Positions 9,716-18,900 of a DNA stretch of 64,000 nt are shown here, piece by piece (within the stretch, counting starts at the first letter, position 1; each line of letters starts with the position of its first letter). Made by a program: the position numbers and the translations under genes. The DNA is from Nannocystales bacterium (GTDB taxonomy: Bacteria > Myxococcota_A > Polyangia > Nannocystales > Nannocystaceae). The notes beneath the pieces were generated by a model that ran no database searches, had not been told where the DNA came from, and was given only the letters and a program-made list of their open reading frames with translations. The DNA lies in assembly GCA_050633305.1 (NCBI GenBank), contig JBOEGF010000010.1, forward strand, positions 256,001-320,000, written 5' to 3'.

Positions 9716-9731
9716 AGCACATTTCGTGCCA
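9716..9731 (-). promoter_or_regulatory. Putative sigma-54 (-24/-12) promoter of the C1 peptidase gene
   Basis: Minus strand reads TGGCACGAAATGTGCT versus consensus TGGCACR-N4-TTGCW (one mismatch), about 40 bp upstream of ATG 9674. Confidence 0.65.
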
Positions 9732-9924
9732 ACGAGGTACGCTCCGTCGTGACACCAAGTGTCTATATTTTGCATGTGATCTCCAGTCGTTAGCGAACGA
9801 CGCGCGTTCCGAGGATTCGGCAGGTGGCTACACTGGTTGCCACCCGGGCCCCGGACCGGATTGAGTTGCTGCCGGTTCAGGTCACACAGCCAACCCATCC
9901 GGGTCCGACGAGGCTACCGGCAAC

Positions 9925-10248
9925 ATGGCCGCTGTAGCCTCGCGCTGGATCGCCGCTTTGCTCTTCACTGCTCCCGCGTGTGCGAACGGCTCGCGGGAGC
10001 AGAGCCCCATGGAGCGCTGTATGACCAACTGCGAGGCGTCGTGCCTAGAGACTGGGCTCGCTCATTCGGAGCCCCATCCGAGCTGTTCTCGGCAGTGTTT
10101 TGATCTCTGTGACTGTCACGAACTCTCGGTCAAGGGATTCTGCCGATGCGCGAGATCCCGTGCGATGTTCGCCGGCGAACCGATTCCCGACGCGTGCGCT
10201 CGAACTCCGGAACCGGCATTCGAGTTGCCCGCGATAGAGCAGGACTGA
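9925..10248 (+). CDS. Small Cys-rich putative lipoprotein
   Basis: Signal-like N-terminus ending TAPA-C; CMTNCEASC, CSRQCFDLCDC, CRC. Confidence 0.55.
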   Translation: MAAVASRWIAALLFTAPACANGSREQSPMERCMTNCEASCLETGLAHSEPHPSCSRQCFDLCDCHELSVKGFCRCARSRAMFAGEPIPDACARTPEPAFELPAIEQD

Positions 10249-10434
10249 GGGTGCGCGTTTCGCAGTCCATGATAGCGGAGGCCGAGCAGCCGTTGCCTTG
10301 GGGTGCGCAATTGTCGCCGGAGCCCGGTGTCGTGATCCGAAGCCAGATTCCACCCGGCGCGAGTACCGCGAAAAATGGAAAGTATCCGGCGGCCCCACTC
10401 GACCACGTCCAAAGGTGCCCGTAGCATCCGCTCG

Positions 10435-10842
10435 ATGAGTGTCGAAGTGCTTGAATCGTTCGTAGGCCAGATGACTGTGGCTGAGCTTTGCAATCGAACT
10501 GGGCGAAGCGTTGAAGAGCTGCTCGAGTTTTGCAGCGATCGCCGTCCTGCCAAGTCCACCTCACCCGCGCCGGCTGCGAGGCCCAGCAAGAAGAACAACA
10601 AGAAGAACAAGCCGACCGGTGGGAAGCGACGAGTCCGAGCAAGCAGCGACCAACTCGTCGCGCTCGATGAGCGCGTCATGGCCCTGATCGTCGGTGCCAA
10701 AGACGGAATCGGCGGCCGCGAGATGGCCAACAAAACCGGAGAGACACTTCCCCGCCTCCGGGGTTCACTGAAGCGGCTCGTGGACAGGAAGAAGATTCGG
10801 TACGCGGGCAACACCGCCGCGCGTCGCTACTGGGCCAAGTAG
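10435..10842 (+). CDS. Small basic putative DNA-binding protein (winged-helix-like C-terminus)
   Basis: N-terminal helix pair, Lys/Asn-rich linker, C-terminal GIGGREMANKTG..LPRLRGSLKRLVDRKKIRYAG..AARRYW wHTH-like pattern. Confidence 0.65.
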   Translation: MSVEVLESFVGQMTVAELCNRTGRSVEELLEFCSDRRPAKSTSPAPAARPSKKNNKKNKPTGGKRRVRASSDQLVALDERVMALIVGAKDGIGGREMANKTGETLPRLRGSLKRLVDRKKIRYAGNTAARRYWAK

Positions 10843-10887
10843 GTCCGCGCTCTAAACCGAACACCAGGGTGTCCGGCTTGGAGGCGC

Positions 10888-10931
10888 CCGAGTCCTAGAG
10901 GTGTCCGCGATGCCGGACACTTCGGACTCGG
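10888..10931. terminator. Hairpin between convergent genes
   Basis: Nested stems ccgagtcc/ggactcgg and gtgtccg/cggacac between the stops at 10842 (+) and 10944 (-); no clear U-tract. Confidence 0.4.
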
Positions 10932-10943
10932 AGCCCCGGTCTG

Positions 10944-11768
10944 TCAGGGACTGACACGACCGACCCACAGTTGTGGGCCCATGGCTCCGTACCCCGCCGA
11001 TGTCACCCAAATGTAGTCGTCGGGCGCGACGGCGATACGCGTGTCGTTGTTGGCGTTCGGCAGCCCGACCGACCACACGGTTGAGCCATCGGTACGGTCG
11101 AGTTTGCGAAGCTCGTACGCGCCGTTGCCATTGCCGTCCTCCAACAGGACGATGGGGGCTCCGGTCGAGTCGACGGCGATCTGAACCTGGCCGGGGTTGC
11201 TCAGTGGCAGGCTCCACGCCACACCGAGTGCGGCGTTGAACTGGGTTAGGCCACCACCGGGGTAGCCCGGTTCCCCGAAGTTGAGGAACGAGTAGACCAG
11301 GGGCGTGCCATTGGCCCCGGTCGCGATCTCGCTGAACTGTGAAACGGCCCCGAACGTGTTGGTGTCCGCGACGTTGCCCGCTGCGGTGTACTGGACCATG
11401 AGGGCCTCGAGGTCCCCGTTGTCATCACGCTCCCGGCGGCCGACCACGAGCACGGAGTCGTTGGGTCCGGCGGGGGCCGCGTACCAGCTGTAGATGTAGA
11501 AGGCGGGCGCGGGAGCGACTGCCGTCCAGACCGGAGTATCGGCGGGAGCCGGACTCTGGGGGTCGAACATGCCGAGCCGGTTGCCGAAGTCGAGCCCAGC
11601 GTACCCGAGCTCGCCGATGGACTCGAGCGACTCCTGCCCCGTGACTCGCTCGTCTCCGCACGCTTCGGTGAACGTGCCGTCAGGCTCCACAGCGTAGTTG
11701 CAGTTCGAAGCCGCGAGGACCCAGCGGTCGCTGACGAGGGCCGCGTTCCGGACGGGCGTGTTGGGCAT
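10944..11768 (-). CDS. Beta-propeller-like hypothetical protein, possibly N-terminally truncated
   Basis: Blades QIAVDSTGAPIV, RKLDRTDGSTVWS, IAVAPDDYIWV; no signal peptide; start uncertain. Confidence 0.55.
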   Translation of the reverse strand: MPNTPVRNAALVSDRWVLAASNCNYAVEPDGTFTEACGDERVTGQESLESIGELGYAGLDFGNRLGMFDPQSPAPADTPVWTAVAPAPAFYIYSWYAAPAGPNDSVLVVGRRERDDNGDLEALMVQYTAAGNVADTNTFGAVSQFSEIATGANGTPLVYSFLNFGEPGYPGGGLTQFNAALGVAWSLPLSNPGQVQIAVDSTGAPIVLLEDGNGNGAYELRKLDRTDGSTVWSVGLPNANNDTRIAVAPDDYIWVTSAGYGAMGPQLWVGRVSP

Positions 11769-11868
11769 GAGGACATCGAACGTCTGCGTTGGAACTTCTC
11801 GCGAAACACATCGGGCTCGGCCGGTACCACCCTCTTGCCGCTCACGACGGCGCGCAGGGAGAGCCCCC

Positions 11869-13092
11869 ATGACCCGAGTTTTCGATGAACAATCCGCCAT
11901 CGCCCCTCTGATTACCCCGCAGGGATTGCGCGTCGTCGGGGGAATTCGAGGCCCGTCGGGGATGTGGCAGCCGGCGATGGTCGATCCTGCGACCGGTCAG
12001 TGCGTGTGGGCGGGTGCGGGAGAGTTCCGCGCGGCGTTCGGGGTGTGGACGCCTCGTTTCGCGACACGTCGCAACGTGGTGTTTGTGTTCAATGAGGGCT
12101 GGTTGGGCTGCTTTGACGGTGGAAACGGTGCGCAGAAGTGGAAGGTTCAGATCGGTGGAGACCTCTCCCGGTTGTCGCGTCGATGGCTTCGCGACGGGGC
12201 GACGGATGACCTCGCAGTCGACGTGGTGTCGACCGCAGCGGGAACGATCGCGCTGGTCCGCACCGATGAGCACCTGTTGCTGGCCTACGAGCTGCACAGC
12301 GGTGCGTTGCTGTGGTCGGTGGCGCTCGATTCGGGGACCTACTACGTGGTTCCCGGAGTGGGCGTGCTCGTGTTTGTCGAGGAGGGGCCGGCTGAGCTCC
12401 GAGGGGTCCGCGGAGAGGTGAAGTGGGCGCGTGAGTTCGACAGTGCCACCGTCTCTGGTCGCCATGTGTTCGCGAAGGTCCGAGGGGATGTCGACTCTCT
12501 GGTGTGTCTGGACGCGGAGACCGGGGAGGAGCGGTGGCGCGTGGAGGAGGAGAGCGTCGACCACCTGGACGAGGCCGCCACGGGATTGGGGCAGGCGTTG
12601 CTCACCATCGACGGGTCGTTCAGCCAGCGCGCTTGGAGCGTGAGCGCGGACGCGGTCCCACCCAAGGCCGGGTTTTTTGCGAGGTTGTTCGGCCGAACCC
12701 ACGGCGCACCCTTGCCCGTCAAACGAGCGTGCCTCAACAGCACCACACGGGTCGGCAGTCGGGTGTTCGTCGTCGCCGACTCGGATGCGGGGAAGCACAT
12801 GGTCACACTCGACGCAGCGACGGGACGACCCGTGACTGCCCCCGTGGCGTTGGGAGCGCCCAACTGGGTTCTCGTCCGGGGGCAAGGGGACGTGGCCGTT
12901 GCCCGATGCGAGTTTGACGGCCGTGTGGTTCTGCAAGCCTTCGGCGCCAACGGTGCGCTGTTGTGGACGCGAGACCTCGAGGACGCTCAGGAGCACTTCT
13001 GCAATGGGGCGGATGTGATCGTCGAGCTGCCGCGCCAGGTCGCGGTCCTCGATGCCGCCGACGGAACCACTCGATTCGCGTACGCCAACTAG
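11869..13092 (+). CDS. PQQ-like beta-propeller repeat protein
   Basis: RBS-like agggag before ATG 11869; repeats CFDGGNGAQKWK, AYELHSGALLWS, CLDAETGEERWR. Confidence 0.8.
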   Translation: MTRVFDEQSAIAPLITPQGLRVVGGIRGPSGMWQPAMVDPATGQCVWAGAGEFRAAFGVWTPRFATRRNVVFVFNEGWLGCFDGGNGAQKWKVQIGGDLSRLSRRWLRDGATDDLAVDVVSTAAGTIALVRTDEHLLLAYELHSGALLWSVALDSGTYYVVPGVGVLVFVEEGPAELRGVRGEVKWAREFDSATVSGRHVFAKVRGDVDSLVCLDAETGEERWRVEEESVDHLDEAATGLGQALLTIDGSFSQRAWSVSADAVPPKAGFFARLFGRTHGAPLPVKRACLNSTTRVGSRVFVVADSDAGKHMVTLDAATGRPVTAPVALGAPNWVLVRGQGDVAVARCEFDGRVVLQAFGANGALLWTRDLEDAQEHFCNGADVIVELPRQVAVLDAADGTTRFAYAN

Positions 13093-13116
13093 ACCAAGGG
13101 ACGGCCCCTCGCCGAA

Positions 13117-14262
13117 CTAGAGCGGGAGGCCGCGGCCCCATAGACCTGCGACCCCATCTGCTGCGGCCGTGAAGTCCGTGGCTCGGCTTCGGCGGTCGCG
13201 GTCTTGGCAGCGAGCGGGGTCGGTGTCGAACAGGCTCCGGGCCAGGGAGCGTCCGACCTCGACAATCGCTGTGGTCTTGGCGCTTCGTGCCTCGAAGAGT
13301 TGTTTGCACGCTTCCGAAGCGTTTCGAGTGCCCGCCAAGATCTGATGCAGGTGCCAGACGTCTTCGAGCGCCTGGCCGACGCCCTGGCCGGAGGTCGGAG
13401 AGGCTGCATGTGCGGCATCGCCGATGACGAGGACGTTGCGTCGATGCCACGAGGGCAGGGGGTCGTGGTCGAAGACCTCGATCTCCCGGACGTGAGCATC
13501 GCCAACCACGGAGAGAACCTCTGAGATCGGCGCAGGCCATCCCTCGAATGCGTTCCGCCAAGTCTTGTGACCGCTGCCTGCGAGACCCGCGGCCCAGTAG
13601 GCCTGGGTCTCGGACAGTGGAACCACACCGAAACGAGCGCCCTGTCCCCAGACGTCGAGCACGACGCCAGGGGCGAACGTCGGGGACGGAGTCTGGACCG
13701 TCCCTAGCCAGTTCGTGAACCCACAGGATCGCGGCGTCGCATCGCCTGACACGTAGGCACGCGAGGCCGACCGCATGCGGCCGTCCGCACCCACGATGAG
13801 GTCGGCCTGCGCGGTTGTCCCGTCCGCAAGCCGCACTGTCGCCGACCCGTCCAAGTGGTCCTCCAACCCGGTTGCACCGTTGCCGAACTGGAAGCGTGCC
13901 CCTGCGTGTTCGGCTCTGTCGCACAGGAGTCGGTGGAGGGTCGAGCGCAGTATCGCGAGGCTGGGGAACCCAAGCCGTTCGTCGATGCGGTTCGTTGGAA
14001 GGCTCCCCAGCCCTTCTCCGGCGACCGACAAGCGTTGCATCTGCGTCACCGGATTCCCTTGCTGGGCCACGGCGTCGAGCAGTCCGAGAGACCGCAGGAC
14101 AAAGGTCGCGTTTGGCCAACAGACAACCCCCGCGCCGAGTTCACCAGAGGCCGCGCCGGGTTCGGGTCTGCGCTCGTACACATCGACGTCGATGCCGAGG
14201 GATCGAAGTGCGATGGCGGCAGCCGAGCCAGCAATGCCCGCACCGAGGATCAGGGCTCTCAT
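13117..14262 (-). CDS. FAD-dependent monooxygenase (salicylate hydroxylase-like group A flavoprotein)
   Basis: GAGIAG dinucleotide motif, VGADG, IGDAAH...GQG..QALED. Confidence 0.9.
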   Translation of the reverse strand: MRALILGAGIAGSAAAIALRSLGIDVDVYERRPEPGAASGELGAGVVCWPNATFVLRSLGLLDAVAQQGNPVTQMQRLSVAGEGLGSLPTNRIDERLGFPSLAILRSTLHRLLCDRAEHAGARFQFGNGATGLEDHLDGSATVRLADGTTAQADLIVGADGRMRSASRAYVSGDATPRSCGFTNWLGTVQTPSPTFAPGVVLDVWGQGARFGVVPLSETQAYWAAGLAGSGHKTWRNAFEGWPAPISEVLSVVGDAHVREIEVFDHDPLPSWHRRNVLVIGDAAHAASPTSGQGVGQALEDVWHLHQILAGTRNASEACKQLFEARSAKTTAIVEVGRSLARSLFDTDPARCQDRDRRSRATDFTAAADGVAGLWGRGLPL

Positions 14263-14365
14263 CGCCGACGAACGTGGCACGTTCGCCGGGCGGCGCATCT
14301 GTGAAACTTTGTGCACGAATGCGCACATCGCTGCGCGCTCGCCCGTAGTGTTGTCACTCGCCTCG

Positions 14366-14644
14366 CTAGCCGCCGAGGTGGACTCGCGTTTGGAACGCGA
14401 CGGCGGCTTGCTGGAACGCTGGGTTCCCCATGTGGCGTTGCCCGTACTCCCCCATCACGTTACGGGCTTTCGACACGCTCTTGAGCCCCAGCTTCTGCAG
14501 CGCCTGAGCTTCGGTCTGCTCGCCGCGTTCGGCCTGGTCGAGTTCGTGCTCGATCTTCCAGAACATCTCGAGGTCGTCCGGGTCGAGTCCGCCGAAGGGG
14601 TCACCACCGCCAAACAGGCCACTGATCATGTCGAAGATGGACAT
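14366..14644 (-). CDS. Small hypothetical protein (92 aa)
   Basis: Protein-like composition from MSIFDMISGLFGG, GC3-rich codons. Confidence 0.6.
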   Translation of the reverse strand: MSIFDMISGLFGGGDPFGGLDPDDLEMFWKIEHELDQAERGEQTEAQALQKLGLKSVSKARNVMGEYGQRHMGNPAFQQAAVAFQTRVHLGG

Positions 14645-14707
14645 CGCGCAGTGGGAGTACCGAGCGAGCCAAGATCGTTTCGTGGTTTTTCCCCGGGGGC
14701 CGCAACC

Positions 14708-14741
14708 AAAAAAGCGCCCCCCGGCACCATTGCCGGGGGGC
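14708..14741 (-). terminator. Intrinsic terminator of aqpZ
   Basis: Perfect 11-bp stem gccccccggca/tgccggggggc followed by T6 on the minus strand, 25 bp after the aqpZ stop. Confidence 0.8.
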
Positions 14742-14765
14742 AGCACCACCACAAGTAGCAAAAAG

Positions 14766-15473
14766 TCATTCCTCGCCAGCGACGTTGCGGTACGCGAGCG
14801 CACCGAGAACGCCACCGAGGATGGGCACCACCCAGAACATCCACAGCTGTGCGAGCGCCTGGCCGCCGACGAAGATGGCGGGGCCGGTGCTGCGGGCCGG
14901 GTTGACCGACAGGTTGGTGACCGGGATTCCGATCAGGTGAATCAGCGTGAGGCCAAGCCCGATGGCAATCGGCGCGAAGCCAGCGGGTGCGCGCTTGTCG
15001 GTCGCTCCCATGATGATGAACAGGAACACGAACGTGAGCAGAAGCTCCGCGACGATGGCGGCCTGCAGACCGTAGCCGCCGGGGGAGAAGTCACCGTAGC
15101 CGTTGGTGGCAAACGCACCCGCCCCGCTGCCGACCTCGAAGCCCGCCTTGCCCGACGCCACAACGTACAACGCGCCCGCAGCCGCGATGCCCCCGGCCAC
15201 CTGAGCTGCGATGTAGCCCGCCGCTTCGTTGGCAGGGTGTCGGCCGCCCGCGACGAGACCGAGCGTCACTGCCGGGTTGAGGTGACAGCCCGAGATGTGG
15301 CCGATCGTGTAGGCCATGGTGAGGACCGTCAGTCCAAACGCGAAGCTGACCCCCAGCAGGCCGATGCCCACGTCGGGGAACGCGGCCGCCAACACGGCGC
15401 TCCCGCAGCCTCCGAACACCAGCCAGAACGTACCGATGAACTCGGCGGAGAGCTTGCGCGTGTACGACACCAT
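14766..15473 (-). CDS. aqpZ: Aquaporin Z
   Basis: [30 protein letters not shown] and SVNPARS NPA boxes. Confidence 0.95.
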   Translation of the reverse strand: MVSYTRKLSAEFIGTFWLVFGGCGSAVLAAAFPDVGIGLLGVSFAFGLTVLTMAYTIGHISGCHLNPAVTLGLVAGGRHPANEAAGYIAAQVAGGIAAAGALYVVASGKAGFEVGSGAGAFATNGYGDFSPGGYGLQAAIVAELLLTFVFLFIIMGATDKRAPAGFAPIAIGLGLTLIHLIGIPVTNLSVNPARSTGPAIFVGGQALAQLWMFWVVPILGGVLGALAYRNVAGEE

Positions 15474-15688
15474 GAAGTCGTACTGTGCACGATTGGGGCC
15501 AAGACCAACTCCGCCGGGAAGTGGCGCTCTGCGCTGGTGCGGACTCGGGCGTGCGTCGAGGACTGGGGGAATGCAGGGACAGGTGGGGCAAAGTGCCCGG
15601 GGCATGGCTTCCCTCCACTGTGAATCGGCCAACACCGACCCAGAGGCACGAACGCGCGGCTCGGGTCACGAGTAGTACGTTTTGGGGG

Positions 15689-16327
15689 ATGCCGACACGT
15701 CCGCTGCTCCTCACCCTCGCGGTCCTGTCGGGGCCACCCGGAGCCGACCAACCGGACCCCGCTGAGGTCCAGCGGGTCTACGACCAAGCCCAAGAGCAGG
15801 TCCAGAACATGGACTACCTCTTGGCCGTAGGCAGCTTCGAGACGCTCATCGAGATGTTCCCAGAGGTCGAGGAGAACCGGATGATTCGGGAAACGCTGAT
15901 CCTGAATCTCCTGAATGTGACTCGGCAGGCGTATCAGCGCCTCCTCAACGACGATGGCAGTCGCAAGTCCGAACTCGTCGAGCGTGGCCTGGGGCAGCTG
16001 GCTCGCTATGAGGCCGCCTACGAGGACACCTATGGCAACCGACCGAGCAGCGCCGAACTCGACGCGGCTGAGCAGAAGCTTCGGGATGCGCTCGCGGTTG
16101 GCGAGCCGAGGACCGAACCGTGCCTAAGCCCACTTCCGCCATGCCTCTCGCCCCCACCGATTGCGCCCAGGCGAGGCTGTGGAGGAGACAACGGGGGCGT
16201 GGCTTCACTGATGCTGTTGCCGTTCGCACTTCGCCGACGCCGGAAGTCGGTCCTCGATCAGGTCGCCGGTGCCCTCCCCGCGGACGTCGTTGCGCGCCTG
16301 CGCCGACGCTTGGACTCCGACGTGTAA
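15689..16327 (+). CDS. Secreted helical protein with a MYXO-CTERM-like sorting segment
   Basis: Signal peptide; TPR-like helices; RRGCGGDNGG-VASLMLLPFAL-RRRR near the C-terminus. Confidence 0.65.
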   Translation: MPTRPLLLTLAVLSGPPGADQPDPAEVQRVYDQAQEQVQNMDYLLAVGSFETLIEMFPEVEENRMIRETLILNLLNVTRQAYQRLLNDDGSRKSELVERGLGQLARYEAAYEDTYGNRPSSAELDAAEQKLRDALAVGEPRTEPCLSPLPPCLSPPPIAPRRGCGGDNGGVASLMLLPFALRRRRKSVLDQVAGALPADVVARLRRRLDSDV

Positions 16328-16404
16328 CCTCCGCGTCGCGCTCTTCTCCCCGCCCGTGATACTGGGCGGCTCCGCGGTGAACGTTCCCGCGTGTCCGGAG
16401 TTCC

Positions 16405-17007
16405 ATGTCCAGCTCGTTCCGTCTTGTCTTTGTGTGGGCCGTGTCGGGGGGGGCGGGGTGTGATGCTCCGGCTCCGGATCCTCCACCTCCACCTCCTCCG
16501 ATCTTCTCCCAGCCCCCGGTTGAGACCAAGCCTCCGGTTTCTCGGCGAGAGCTCCCGAGCGTCGAGCCGACCAAGTCCACGGCCACACCCATCGAGCCCG
16601 CGATGGATGCACGGCTTGTCCGGGTGACCGACGGAGATACGATCGTGGTGACGGTGGATGGCAAGCAGGAGCGCGTTCGTCTGATCGGCATCGACACTCC
16701 GGAGACGAAGCACTCGCCGCGTGGGGCGGAGCCGCTGGCCGACGAGGCCACTGCAGCCCTACGAACACTCCTGCGCCGTCATCCGCTCCGGCTCCGGCTC
16801 CGGCTCGACGCGGAGGAGCGAGACCGATACGGACGCCTTCTGGCCTACGTCTACGCGAACGGTGTGTTCGTCAACGAGGCCATGGTTCGCGATGGGTGGG
16901 CTCGTGCGCTTCGCATCCCACCGAATGTTCGGCACGCGAAGACGTTCGACCGACTCGCGGACGAAGCGAGACGCCGGCGACTCGGGATCTGGGCTACCTC
17001 GAACTGA
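16405..17007 (+). CDS. Thermonuclease (SNase-like) lipoprotein
   Basis: VTDGDTI, VRLIGIDTPE, DRYGRLLAYVY, VNEAMVRDGWA, GIW. Confidence 0.9.
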   Translation: MSSSFRLVFVWAVSGGAGCDAPAPDPPPPPPPIFSQPPVETKPPVSRRELPSVEPTKSTATPIEPAMDARLVRVTDGDTIVVTVDGKQERVRLIGIDTPETKHSPRGAEPLADEATAALRTLLRRHPLRLRLRLDAEERDRYGRLLAYVYANGVFVNEAMVRDGWARALRIPPNVRHAKTFDRLADEARRRRLGIWATSN

Positions 17008-17476
17008 TCCGCGCCAGATACAGCTGGGTCAGCTTGAGGTTGAGCTCGGAGAAGTTGATGGGCTTTCCAACGACTGCGCTGGCTCGGACGGCGTCAAAGT
17101 CGAACTCGTCGGAGTGGGCGAACGCTGTGACGAACAGGATCGGGATGTCCCCGCACGACGCTGGGAGCCCGCGCGCGAACGCGGGAAGCTCGACGTCGAG
17201 GACTTCCCCTCGCATCACCCGTGCGAGTTGAAATCCATCCAGGTCGGATCCTCGGAGCTGGAGATCCATGAGCACGGCGTCGATCGTGGTCCCGGAGGTC
17301 CGCAACGCCTCGCAGGCTTCCTGATCCGTGGTTGCGATCAACACTTCGTAGCGTTTTCGCAGTTGAAGCTCCGCGACCTTGACGTTGTCCAGCTCGTCCT
17401 CCACGAGCAGGACGGTGCCGCGCGTCCTCGAAGGCCGTGGCGGGTCGTGGTCTGGGTTGGCAGGGACGGGCTTCAA
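16994..17476 (-). CDS. Single-domain response regulator receiver
   Basis: VLLVEDE, VLMDLQL, DGF, FVTA, GKPINF; start overlaps the kinase stop. Confidence 0.85.
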   Translation of the reverse strand: MKPVPANPDHDPPRPSRTRGTVLLVEDELDNVKVAELQLRKRYEVLIATTDQEACEALRTSGTTIDAVLMDLQLRGSDLDGFQLARVMRGEVLDVELPAFARGLPASCGDIPILFVTAFAHSDEFDFDAVRASAVVGKPINFSELNLKLTQLYLARISSR

Positions 17477-18900
17477 CGGGCTTCGCCTTCGATCGTAGGA
17501 AGGAAGAGGGTGAACGTCGAGCCAACTCCAACCCGGCTGCGGAGCTCGATGCGGCCCCCATGAGCTTCGGCGAGCTGCCGGGCAATTGCGAGTCCGAGTC
17601 CGGTTCCTTGCTTGCCCTCAGTATGGCCCGAGCGCGGTACTTGTCGAAAGCTCTCAAAGATCGCCACGTGATGGGCTGCGTCGATTCCGGGCCCCTCGTC
17701 CTCGACCCACACGCGGACTCCGGAGGCGTCGGTCTCCATCCCGAGTCGAACCGTGGAATGGGGCGACGAGAACTTGATCGCGTTTCCGAGTAGATTGGTG
17801 ATGATCTGGACGAGTCGCGCCGAGTCTCCGCGAACCCAGGCTTCGGCGTCGAGGCGCACGTCGAGCTCGACTTCGCCCGTCTCGAGCGCGCTGCGGCACG
17901 CCGCTTGTGCCGACGCGAGGACCTCCGTGATTGCGACGCGCTGGAAGCTGAGGCTGTGTTTTCCAGCCGAGAGTCGGGACGCATCCAGAATGTCGTCCAC
18001 CAACTCGAGTAGATACCGGCCGTTGCGCGCCGCGACGTCGAGCAAGTCGTACAGCTCGTCGTGGGCTCCGGTGAACCGTCGGTGCTCATACCGCTCCAGG
18101 GGGGCATCGCACGAGGGGCACTGCGTCGCGGCCTCGTCATCAGCGTCGAGGACGAACGCGTGTCCGTTCTCGCACCGTGCCCGAGCTTCCGTCTCGAACG
18201 CCAGGAGCAGCCCCGCAGGGACGTTGATGATCGAGTTGAGCGGGGTTCGGATCTCGTGGCTGACGTTCGCGAAGAACTGGGTCCGTGCCTGGTTGAGCTC
18301 CTCGAGCTCCCGGTTCTTGCCCCGAATGACCCGGCCGGTTTCCAGGTTCCTCAAGAGGGAGTCAACCTTGAAGGCGACCACGCCAAAGGACTGCACCGAC
18401 TCCGGCGCAAGTGCGGCGGTCAGCGATGCTTTTTCTCTCCGGGTCCCACCGACGACCGCGCCTCGCAACGATCCATCGCCCACCGGAGCGACGTAGGCCT
18501 CGTGCAGCCCCAGTGCGACACACAGTGGATCTGAAGCGTCGACTTTGACCGCTTCGGTGTGCGCGAGAGCCTCGAGGGGAACCGACCGCCCTCGGTACCT
18601 CGGTGGCCCGCAGACCCCCGCCACGCTTGCCCCGCTGTCTGCGTCGCACAGCACGAGTGCGGCAAACTCCAGGTCGAACATCTCCACGAGCGCTTCGGCA
18701 CTCATGTCCGCAAACGCGTCGAGTTCTTCGACCGGGAGCGCACGGCGGGTGAACTCGGCGAGCTGTCGATAGCGTCGGACCTCCGCATCGAGCCGATCCC
18801 GGGTTTCGATCAGCTCCTGCTTCGTCGAGACCGCGCGAGTCTGTGACTGCCTCAACGAGAGCAGCTCTGCACGCAGCGCTTGGAGTTCTTCGCCGCTCAC
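17473..18900 (-). CDS. Cytoplasmic sensor histidine kinase (coiled coil, GAF-like region, HisKA with a Cys/His insert, HATPase)
   Basis: GTG 18900 overlaps the FIST stop; H-box FANVSHEIRTPL, N-box NLLGNAIKF, G1 DEGPGI, G2 GTGLGL. Confidence 0.9.
   Translation of the reverse strand: MSGEELQALRAELLSLRQSQTRAVSTKQELIETRDRLDAEVRRYRQLAEFTRRALPVEELDAFADMSAEALVEMFDLEFAALVLCDADSGASVAGVCGPPRYRGRSVPLEALAHTEAVKVDASDPLCVALGLHEAYVAPVGDGSLRGAVVGGTRREKASLTAALAPESVQSFGVVAFKVDSLLRNLETGRVIRGKNRELEELNQARTQFFANVSHEIRTPLNSIINVPAGLLLAFETEARARCENGHAFVLDADDEAATQCPSCDAPLERYEHRRFTGAHDELYDLLDVAARNGRYLLELVDDILDASRLSAGKHSLSFQRVAITEVLASAQAACRSALETGEVELDVRLDAEAWVRGDSARLVQIITNLLGNAIKFSSPHSTVRLGMETDASGVRVWVEDEGPGIDAAHHVAIFESFRQVPRSGHTEGKQGTGLGLAIARQLAEAHGGRIELRSRVGVGSTFTLFLPTIEGEAR

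Noticed and set aside
16785..16806. (GCTCCG)n repeat as a phase-variation switch
   Set aside because: The 6-bp unit keeps the frame and has under four copies; it only encodes LRLRLRL
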